From Bdellovibrionota bacterium (GTDB lineage: Bacteria > Bdellovibrionota_C > UBA2361 > OMIW01), in NCBI GenBank assembly GCA_044345055.1, contig JBIJBT010000085.1:1-10700 (forward strand): a stretch of DNA of 10,700 bases. The letters are read 5' to 3'. The translations under genes were made by a program, and so were the position numbers. The stretch's first letter is position 1. Each line of letters opens with the position of its first letter. The notes beneath the pieces were generated by a model, which saw only the letters and a list, made by a program, of their open reading frames with translations, made no database searches and was not told the origin of the DNA. Below, in pieces: positions 1 through 6,888 of this stretch.

Positions 1-100
1 TTGCAAAACAATAGATCAAATTTGCGAGACAAAAGCAATAGAAAACGGCGTAAAATCAACGCTTTTGAGGCTAAAACTACACTTCTTCAGCGACCACTAT

Positions 101-2569
101 TTAGACCACTACATTTACCAGTTTATCGGGCACCACTATCACTTTTCGTATCTCCTTTCCTTCACACCATCGAGCAACAGCGGAATGGCTGCGGACGGTA
201 GCCTCCAACATCTCTCGCGGAGTTCCAGGAGCAGCAGATATCTCACCCCGAAGCTTTCCATTTACCTGAATAACTATTGTAACACTCTGCTCGCGCGCCT
301 TGTCACGATCTGATTCGGGCCATCGCGCGACATGAATGCTTCCCGTCTCTCCCCGTCGATGCCACAATTCTTCCGTTATATGTGGAAATATCGGCGCCAT
401 GAGGATGAGCAACGTGCGACAAGCAAACTGCCACACATCGTGCCCTACCGCAGAGCGCTCGCGACTAAGAAGGTTAGAAAACTCCATGTAGGCCGCGATA
501 ACGGTATTGAATCGAAACTCCTCAAGACCCTCGGTCGCACGAATTATAAGCTGGTGAACGCGCCGCTCGATCAGGGTGTCTGATGGTCCCTGTTCAGCAG
601 AGGATCCCGCATCGAGCATCAACCGCCAGACCCGATTAAGGAATCGCGAAACACCCTCTATCGCGCTTGGATCCCACGGCCCTCCCTGCTCCCACGGACC
701 GAGAAACATAAGATAGCCGCGCACCGTATCAGCGCCGTAGTCACGTACATAGTCATCAGGATTAACAACATTACCGCGACTCTTTGACATCTTCTCATTA
801 TCTGGCCCGAGCACCATCCCCTGATTTACGAGCCTCGTCATCGGTTCAGAAAAAGAGAAAAGCCCAAGATCGCGAAGTGCCTTGGAGAAAAATCGGGTGT
901 AGAGAAGATGCATCGTGGCATGCTCTATTCCCCCCGTGTACTGATCGACAGGAGCCCAATAAGCAAACGACTCCGGATTCCACGGTGTATCATCTCTCGT
1001 TATGGACTCACCACGCTTCCAGTAGGGGGAGATATAGCCGTACTGATACCAGCTCGAGCACACGAAGGTGTCCATCGTATCGGTTTCTCGCTCAGCATCA
1101 CCCCCGCATTTTGGGCAGGCGACTTTTCGAAATGTCGGATGATATTTGAGAGGACTTTCACCGGTCGGCTTAAATGAGGCATCGTTAGGGAGCGTTACCG
1201 GCAATTGCTCGTAAGGGATCGGCACATCGCCGCACTCTGAACAGTGCACCATCGGAATTGGTGTACCCCACATCCGTTGGCGACTTATCAACCAATCGCG
1301 CAATCGATAGGTTATCGTTCGCTTCCCAATTCCCTGCTCCTCTATCCATCGACATATTTGCGAAATAGCCTCCGCTACCGGGACACCTGAGAACTCGCCA
1401 CTCTGAGTGAGGGTTCCTTCGGTCTTTGAGCTATAAACGGCCTCTCTATCGGTTATTTCTTCGGGTGGCTCAATGACCCGAACAATCGGCAAGCTGTAAG
1501 TTTTGGCGAATGCATAGTCTCGTTCATCGTGGCCAGGAACCGCCATTATCGCGCCGGTGCCATATCCCATTAAAACGTAGTCTGCTATCCATATTGGGAT
1601 CAGTTCACCTGTTGCGGGATTTTTTGCGTATGCTCCGGTAAAAACCCCTGTTTTTTCCTTATCGGTTGCGGTTCGCGTTCGTTCATCGAGCCGACCAGCA
1701 GCTTCGGTATAGCCCGCAACGGCGGTGTAGTGAGAGGAAGGGGTAATCGTCGCCACCAGAGGATGCTCAGGAGCAAGCACCAAAAAAGTCGCTCCCCATA
1801 ATGTGTCCGGTCGAGTGGTGAACACCCGTATTCCCTCCCCTGCTCCCTCAGTATTCGAGATTGGGAATACAATCTCCGCACCCTCACTCCGCCCGATCCA
1901 ATTTGTCTGCATCACCTTGACCCGTTCGGGCCAATCTAGCGCTGGTAGCTCATTTAAGAGCTCCTCAGCGTATTGGGTAATGCGAAACTTCCACTGATTG
2001 AGCTCTTTTTTTATGACAGGGCTATCACATCGCTCGCAGATCCGCTCGAGCCCCACCACCTGTTCCCGAGCAAGAGTCGTATTACAGCTCGGACACCAAT
2101 CAACGGGGGCGAATTCACGATAAGCCAGCCCCGCCTCATATAATCGAAGAAAGAACCACTGAGTCCATTTGTAGTAATCGGGATCGCAAGTTATGACCTC
2201 GTGGTCCCACGCCCACATTGCTCCCATCTGCTGGAGCTGCTTCCGCATCCGGTCAATATTTTGATAGGTCCACTGTTTTGGATGAAGATTATGTTTAATC
2301 GCTGCATTCTCGGCGGGAAGTCCGAAAGCATCAAAGCCGACGGGGAAAAAGGTATTATATCCCTGCATTCGGCGAAATCGCGCTGCGGCATCAGAGGGAG
2401 TCATTGCGTACCAATGCCCCGCATGAAGATCACCTGATGGATAGGGCAACATCGTAAGGGCGTACCACTTGGGACGGGTGGGGTCGTATGTGGTCTTGTT
2501 GCTACCGTCTTTTTCCCAAACCGATTGCCAATAGAGCTCAACTGCTCGATGATCGTACTGTTCCGTCAT
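101..2569 (-). CDS. leuS: Leucine--tRNA ligase (class Ia aminoacyl-tRNA synthetase)
   Basis: 822-aa ORF. It has MLPYPSGDLHAGH (HIGH-type motif, nt 2414-2425), GFDAFGLPAENAA, Zn knuckles CPSC/CERC and CSEC/CPKC, and a CP1 editing domain (FTTRPDT, GYGTGAIMAVPGHDERD). It also has RLRDWLISRQR, ETDTMDTF, GGIEHA, KMSKS (nt 779-793) and C-terminal VIQVNGKLR...KLVNVVV. An AAGGA Shine-Dalgarno lies just upstream of the ATG. Confidence 0.98.
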   Translation of the reverse strand: MTEQYDHRAVELYWQSVWEKDGSNKTTYDPTRPKWYALTMLPYPSGDLHAGHWYAMTPSDAAARFRRMQGYNTFFPVGFDAFGLPAENAAIKHNLHPKQWTYQNIDRMRKQLQQMGAMWAWDHEVITCDPDYYKWTQWFFLRLYEAGLAYREFAPVDWCPSCNTTLAREQVVGLERICERCDSPVIKKELNQWKFRITQYAEELLNELPALDWPERVKVMQTNWIGRSEGAEIVFPISNTEGAGEGIRVFTTRPDTLWGATFLVLAPEHPLVATITPSSHYTAVAGYTEAAGRLDERTRTATDKEKTGVFTGAYAKNPATGELIPIWIADYVLMGYGTGAIMAVPGHDERDYAFAKTYSLPIVRVIEPPEEITDREAVYSSKTEGTLTQSGEFSGVPVAEAISQICRWIEEQGIGKRTITYRLRDWLISRQRMWGTPIPMVHCSECGDVPIPYEQLPVTLPNDASFKPTGESPLKYHPTFRKVACPKCGGDAERETDTMDTFVCSSWYQYGYISPYWKRGESITRDDTPWNPESFAYWAPVDQYTGGIEHATMHLLYTRFFSKALRDLGLFSFSEPMTRLVNQGMVLGPDNEKMSKSRGNVVNPDDYVRDYGADTVRGYLMFLGPWEQGGPWDPSAIEGVSRFLNRVWRLMLDAGSSAEQGPSDTLIERRVHQLIIRATEGLEEFRFNTVIAAYMEFSNLLSRERSAVGHDVWQFACRTLLILMAPIFPHITEELWHRRGETGSIHVARWPESDRDKAREQSVTIVIQVNGKLRGEISAAPGTPREMLEATVRSHSAVARWCEGKEIRKVIVVPDKLVNVVV

Positions 2570-2662
2570 GATGAATCCTTTTCTTATCTGCCCCGCAAGC
2601 TCAGGGTCTGGCGATCAAACGCTGCGAAGACCTAGCAGGTCCTGAGCAACCCGAAGGTCGCC

Positions 2663-2690
2663 ACTCTAACATGGTGGAGGGGCGTTTGAA
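2663..2690 (-). promoter_or_regulatory. Possible extended -10 promoter for leuS
   Basis: Minus strand reads TTCAAA, 16 nt, TAGAGT, with TGn immediately before the -10. This would give a leader of about 85-90 nt. Pattern match only. Confidence 0.3.
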
Positions 2691-2712
2691 TAGAAAAGGT
2701 AAGCAACTCTCG

Positions 2713-2730
2713 ATGACAGACGACTGTCAT
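2713..2730. repeat. Perfect short inverted repeat in the leuS-tRNA divergent spacer
   Basis: ATGACAG-ACGA-CTGTCAT (7-bp arms, 4-nt spacer). No U-tract follows it. Function unknown. Confidence 0.6.
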
Positions 2731-2788
2731 TGCGGAGTAGATATCGAGCCCGAATTAAGATTTTTGGAACCAACTGTCGCGCCAGGTC

Positions 2789-2817
2789 TAGACCGACACC
2801 TCATTTGATGGCAAAGT
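2789..2817 (+). promoter_or_regulatory. Possible sigma70-type promoter for the tRNA
   Basis: TAGACC (2789-2794), 17 nt, then CAAAGT (2812-2817) preceded by TGn. It ends 10 nt before the mature tRNA 5' end. The 10-bp palindrome GGTCTAGACC (2785-2794) overlaps the -35. The match to consensus is imperfect. Confidence 0.3.
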
Positions 2818-2827
2818 AACGCTTAGT

Positions 2828-2904
2828 GGCCCTGTAGCTCAGTTGGTTAGAGCAGCCGGCTCATAACCGGTAGGTCGCGGGTTCAAGTCCTGCTGGGGCC
2901 ACCA
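2828..2904 (+). tRNA. tRNA with CAT anticodon, most likely tRNA-Ile2 (lysidine-modified, reads AUA) rather than tRNA-Met
   Basis: 77-nt cloverleaf: acceptor GGCCCTG/TGGGGCC, D arm GCTC..GAGC, anticodon stem GCCGG/CCGGT with loop CTCATAA (CAT at 2862-2864), T arm GCGGG-TTCAAGT-CCTGC, discriminator A and encoded CCA. G1-C72 is paired and there is no GGG/CCC anticodon stem, so it is not the initiator. C4-G69 and C5-G68 match known TilS determinants. The tRNA call is very secure; the isotype is about 0.8. Confidence 0.95.
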
Positions 2905-3116
2905 TCATTTTATGAAAGGTTGGTCGGTGCTTAAAATATTTGTGGCACCGAATATTCCAGAATCCTAGCACTCTAGGATATAGGACGTTAGAATTTGGAA
3001 TATTAGCACCTCACTACCACAACTGAAGACAAATAAAGTGCCGAAACGCTCGTTGCTCGGGAGTAGTTAGAGAGAGGTTGTCGCAGAACGTTTGGCACTA
3101 TTGACGAACTAGCTCC

Positions 3117-3443
3117 ATGACAATCTCCAAGGCTCTATCTCATCTTCCCTCCTGCTTCACTCGAATCATAACCCTCTTCACCATTACGCTCTTTCTTAAT
3201 GGGTGTCTCTACACGAAGATCCGTGTTCCGCTTGACGATGATGTATGGGAAACAAAGCTTGGCAGCCGTGTTGGTATAGCCTCGACCCATTCTGTCCTCT
3301 GGCTATTTGCCTGGGGAGAAGCTGGAACCAAAGATGCCGCAGAAAATGGAAATATAAAGGTGGTCCATCACATGGATTTAGGGATTACCTCCTATTTGGC
3401 GGGGCTCTACACGCGGCGCGATACTATTGTTTATGGTGATTGA
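3117..3443 (+). CDS. TRL-like family lipoprotein (tRNA-associated-locus family), copy 1
   Basis: 108 aa. Hydrophobic signal ending in lipobox LNG-C (Cys30). The mature part C-LYTKIRVPL...GSRVGIASTHSVLWLFAWGEAGTKDAAENGNIKVVHHMD...GLYTRRDTIVYGD fits the TRL pattern as I know it (LYT..., G.AS..S.L.L.AWGDA....AA.NG.I......D, terminal T.VYG). Confidence 0.85.
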   Translation: MTISKALSHLPSCFTRIITLFTITLFLNGCLYTKIRVPLDDDVWETKLGSRVGIASTHSVLWLFAWGEAGTKDAAENGNIKVVHHMDLGITSYLAGLYTRRDTIVYGD

Positions 3444-3557
3444 GCGTTTACTATGAGTGAACTGTGCGTGATCAGTCTTAGATTCAGTAGCTAAGCGCGA
3501 TAACGCGAACCCCCTCTTGAAGCCAATCTAAAATTCAAACCATCTTCGTTATGTCTG

Positions 3558-3926
3558 ATGTTTACTAATCGCTATCAGGCTCACCGTTCAATCAGACGAG
3601 CAGCCCTTATACTGACGCTCGTAGCCTCATCTGGGTGTGCTCCTGGATTTATTTATACAAATGTCACAACTCCCTACTGCAAAAATCTGCGCGGGACTGA
3701 GGTAGGTTCAGGCGAGGGCATTGGAAGTACTAAGAAGATAAGTCTTCCGACCGGAAGAATTGATTTTACCGCCGAATGGGACTCGCGGGGAATTCACGAC
3801 GTCGCGGCCGCCAATGGTATTTTGGAGGTAATGGGCTGCGACCAGCGACGACTCTCGATTCTTGGTGGCCTCTATAGCTCGCGCCATATTATTGTATATG
3901 GGCGGACCGCCAAGGATGGCAAATAG
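3558..3926 (+). CDS. TRL-like family lipoprotein, divergent copy 2
   Basis: 122 aa. Basic N-region, hydrophobic core and SSG-C (Cys27). It shares GFIYTNVTTP, W....I..VAAANGI..V...D and SILGGLYSSRHIIVYG with copy 1, aligning end to end. Confidence 0.75.
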   Translation: MFTNRYQAHRSIRRAALILTLVASSGCAPGFIYTNVTTPYCKNLRGTEVGSGEGIGSTKKISLPTGRIDFTAEWDSRGIHDVAAANGILEVMGCDQRRLSILGGLYSSRHIIVYGRTAKDGK

Positions 3927-3973
3927 TCACAATTGGTACTCGTCGACTCCCTTTTTCCAACGCCACCAAATCG

Positions 3974-5071
3974 ATGACAACGATCTCTCTCCAGAACGTC
4001 TCCCGCTTTTTCGGCAACACTGCGGCGGTCGATAGTGTTACGGTTTCAATACCTAGCGGCTCGCTTTTTTTCCTTCTTGGGCCCTCAGGATGTGGAAAAA
4101 CAACTCTTTTGAGGCTCATCAGTGGGCTTGATATTCCATCGAGGGGTGAAATCTGGTTCGACAATAGCGATGTAAGCACAATCCCTATTGAGAAAAGAAA
4201 CGTTGGAATCGTGTTTCAGCAATACGCGTTATGGCCACACATGACCGTCGAAGAGAATATTCAATTTGGCCTAACTCAACGGCGTATGGAGAAAAGGGCG
4301 ATTACTGATCGAATTCAAGAGGTCCTAGCACTAACTCAGCTTGGCCCACTCTCCAAGCGGCTTCCGAGTGAACTCTCGGGAGGTCAACAACAGCGAGTCG
4401 CTCTTGCTCGAGCACTCGCGCTAAAACCAGCTGTTTTGTTATTTGATGAACCGTTGTCGAATCTCGACCCTCACCTGCGATACGAGATACGGGAGCAGCT
4501 TGTTGAGTTGCACCGAAGCATGCCGACAACGATGATCTATGTAACACACGATACCGAAGAAGCTCTATCTATGGCTGATGAGATCGCCATCCTGAATAAA
4601 GGTCGGATTGTTCAATCGGGTCGACCAGAGGTTTTATTCCATCAGCCCCAATCGGAGTTTGTTGCTCGATTTTTGGGAGAGGTAAATATTTTCGATGGTA
4701 TATTCGTAAAAACGACAAAAGGTATTGGTTGTTATTTTTCAAAAACTACAATAGAGCTTCCCGAACAGTTTGGTGCGTTAGGGGTTGATGCTGCTGGTGA
4801 GCCGATACGGATCGCAATTCGACCGTCCTATTTAAGCTATCCTGCTGATGATGAATTCGGGATAACGGGCACTATTGAGAAGATCGTATTTACGGGCCCA
4901 GCTACTCGACTCGTTATACGCATCTCCTCCACTCACTCGCTGACTGCGCTCCTACCATCATATCGATGCAACGGACTATCTATCGGTGATTCCATAACTG
5001 TAGGATACGATCCTCGCACTATAGCGCGGCTGCGAAACACACCTTCGGATGAATCGAGCAAGCAATTATGA
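3974..5071 (+). CDS. ABC importer ATP-binding protein, FbpC/PotA (Fe3+/polyamine) family
   Basis: 365 aa. Walker A GPSGCGKT, Q-loop VFQQYALWPHMTV, signature LSGGQQQR, Walker B/D-loop LLFDEPLSNLD and H-loop YVTHD. The C-terminal beta-rich region is TOBE-like (IAIRPS, GTIEKIVFTG). The stop overlaps the next start (ATGA). Confidence 0.93.
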   Translation: MTTISLQNVSRFFGNTAAVDSVTVSIPSGSLFFLLGPSGCGKTTLLRLISGLDIPSRGEIWFDNSDVSTIPIEKRNVGIVFQQYALWPHMTVEENIQFGLTQRRMEKRAITDRIQEVLALTQLGPLSKRLPSELSGGQQQRVALARALALKPAVLLFDEPLSNLDPHLRYEIREQLVELHRSMPTTMIYVTHDTEEALSMADEIAILNKGRIVQSGRPEVLFHQPQSEFVARFLGEVNIFDGIFVKTTKGIGCYFSKTTIELPEQFGALGVDAAGEPIRIAIRPSYLSYPADDEFGITGTIEKIVFTGPATRLVIRISSTHSLTALLPSYRCNGLSIGDSITVGYDPRTIARLRNTPSDESSKQL

Positions 5072-6735
5072 TGCGTAACCCTCGCGGACCATCACTTTAT
5101 TCAGTGGCTCTTGCGGTTATCATATGGATTATTCTCGGGCTGTTTCTGGTGTATCCCCTCTTAGCGATAGGTAAAAATGCCTTTATCGTCGAGGGTAGGA
5201 TTTCGCTTTCTCCTCTTTTTGCGCTTAGCCAAGACCCCCTTCTTATCCGTATAACTCGCAACTCCCTCTCTCTTGCATTTGGTGTATCTCTTGTCGCAAC
5301 GATAATTGCTATCCCGATTGCTCTGCTTCTTGCTCATCGGCAATTCACCGGACGGCGTATAATCCTTCTTCTTCTGGCGGTTCCACTCCTATTGCCGCCG
5401 TTTATCGGAGTTATCGGCCTTCGACAAATACTAGGTCGTTTTGGCAGTGTAAATCTTCTACTTTTAGGTAGCGGAATTATTTCTGAGCCTATCGACTGGC
5501 TACCTACTGGCAGTGCGTTCGCAGTCGGAATACTTCAGGTTCTTCATCTCTATCCGGTGGTCGTTGCGCAGCTGTTAAGCTCATTTGAGCAGCAGCCTGC
5601 AAGCCTCCACGAGGCTGCGCGAAGCGTGGGCGCAACTCCGCTCGCTCGTCTTTTTCGTGTAACGCTACCCCTTGCATTACCGAGTATTATAAGTAGTGCT
5701 TCTCTCACCTTTGTTGCAAGCTTTACCGACCTTGGCACTCCTCTTCTCTTTGAATATCGGGCGGTGTTACCGGTTCAGATCTTCAATCTCCTGACCGATC
5801 TTCATGAAAATACCGTCGGATACGCACTTGTATTTGTAGTTGCTTCGGTAAGTCTCCTCATGTTTGCGATAAGCGATCTATTCACTCGTGCGCATCACTC
5901 TGAAAGGTCTGTGCGCGAAGGTGCTACAATCGCTCGTCAACCGCTCCGCGGATGGCGTTTTGTCGCCGTATTACTACCGATTACAATCATAACCGCTTTA
6001 TCTATTCTTCCCCATATCGGTATTATTCTCATTGCGCTCTCTGAACGGTGGTTCTTCACCGTTCTCCCTGAGTCATTTACCCTTTCCCACCTCAACCTCG
6101 TATTCTCCCATCCCCTAACCCTGATAGGAATGAGAACGAGCATCAGTCTTGCTTTAATAAGCACGCTATTGATTATAATTCTCGGTGCAACAATCGGGTG
6201 GTTAGTTGTTCGTTCGGTTATTCCTGGTCGTCGCCTCTTATCATTAGTAGCCCTTTCTCCTCTCGCGATTCCAGGCATGTTGTTTGCGTTTGGATATCTT
6301 GGAGCTTTCTCGCAGACGATTCTTGATTCGGCGGTAAACCCACTTCCGCTCCTTGCTATTGCATACACGGTGAGACGGCTTCCCTTTATGCTGCGGATTA
6401 TCACCGCGGGACTCGCTGAAACCTCAATAAGTTATGAAGAGGCTGCTCGCTCAGTAGGGGCATCACCCCTCGCGATAGCTCGTTGCATTACAATTCCACT
6501 ACTTCGCCGCTATGTGATAGCTGGTGCCATTTTGTGCTTTGCCTTCGGTATGGTAGAGGTTAGTGATAGCCTGATACTCGCGCGTGAAGAAAAGTTTTAC
6601 CCAATTGCAAAGGTTCTTTACGCTTTAACTGCCAGACCTGATGGTATTGAAGTGGCCTCGGCCCTTGGCACAATCGTCATGTGCGTCAGCGCACTGCTGC
6701 TCGGTGCGGCACGACTTGTGAGAGCAAAGCGATAG
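5068..6735 (+). CDS. ABC importer permease, FbpB-like (two fused transmembrane domains)
   Basis: 555 aa with about 12 hydrophobic segments and two EAA loops (LHEAARSVGATPL and YEEAARSVGASPL). It also has PLLLPPFIG, DLGTPLL and PLAIPG. Translationally coupled to the ATPase. The substrate cannot be determined from sequence. Confidence 0.92.
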   Translation: MMRNPRGPSLYSVALAVIIWIILGLFLVYPLLAIGKNAFIVEGRISLSPLFALSQDPLLIRITRNSLSLAFGVSLVATIIAIPIALLLAHRQFTGRRIILLLLAVPLLLPPFIGVIGLRQILGRFGSVNLLLLGSGIISEPIDWLPTGSAFAVGILQVLHLYPVVVAQLLSSFEQQPASLHEAARSVGATPLARLFRVTLPLALPSIISSASLTFVASFTDLGTPLLFEYRAVLPVQIFNLLTDLHENTVGYALVFVVASVSLLMFAISDLFTRAHHSERSVREGATIARQPLRGWRFVAVLLPITIITALSILPHIGIILIALSERWFFTVLPESFTLSHLNLVFSHPLTLIGMRTSISLALISTLLIIILGATIGWLVVRSVIPGRRLLSLVALSPLAIPGMLFAFGYLGAFSQTILDSAVNPLPLLAIAYTVRRLPFMLRIITAGLAETSISYEEAARSVGASPLAIARCITIPLLRRYVIAGAILCFAFGMVEVSDSLILAREEKFYPIAKVLYALTARPDGIEVASALGTIVMCVSALLLGAARLVRAKR

Positions 6736-6888
6736 TTGGATTTATATATGAGGGTATGCTGCAATAGTTGAAAATTTGCTGAAGGTTTTTTTGTGACAAC
6801 TTTTTCCAAAACAAAGTTGAACTAGAAGTTTTACCCTGTATCGGCTTTTAATAGATTGCCTCAATCATCGCAGATTCCTAATTCGAAA

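Noticed and set aside
1..2437. Short ORFs overlapping leuS (1..201, 65..313, 332..583, 784..1149, 908..1177, 1000..1182, 1600..1887, 1803..1997, 2191..2391, 2201..2437)
   Set aside because: These are antisense or off-frame shadows of a conserved gene with no recognisable motifs.
2655..2672. T-box-like string UUAGAGUGGCGACC in the leuS upstream region
   Set aside because: The bulge would be UGGCGACC rather than UGGNACC. I see no antiterminator partner, terminator or Stem I motifs, and the string overlaps a candidate -10.
2965..2991. CIRCE-like left half-site CTAGCACTC
   Set aside because: The right half after 9 nt is GGACGTTAG, a poor match to GAGTGCTAA, and no chaperone gene is adjacent.
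3093..3108. Sigma54 -24-like TGGCAC here and at 2943
   Set aside because: There is no TTGC at the required -12 spacing in either case.
5611..6474. Repeated EAARSVGA.PLA peptide in the permease
   Set aside because: These are the expected twin EAA loops of a fused two-domain permease. Synonymous sites differ, so it is not a recent duplication.
6797..6819. CAACTTT/AAAGTTG hairpin between the convergent operons as a bidirectional terminator
   Set aside because: The stem is AT-rich with a 9-nt loop and has no proper flanking U-tracts, so it is too weak to call.
2885..6888. Genomic island integrated at the tRNA
   Set aside because: There is no integrase, I found no duplicated tRNA 3' end in the window, and there is no evident compositional shift.
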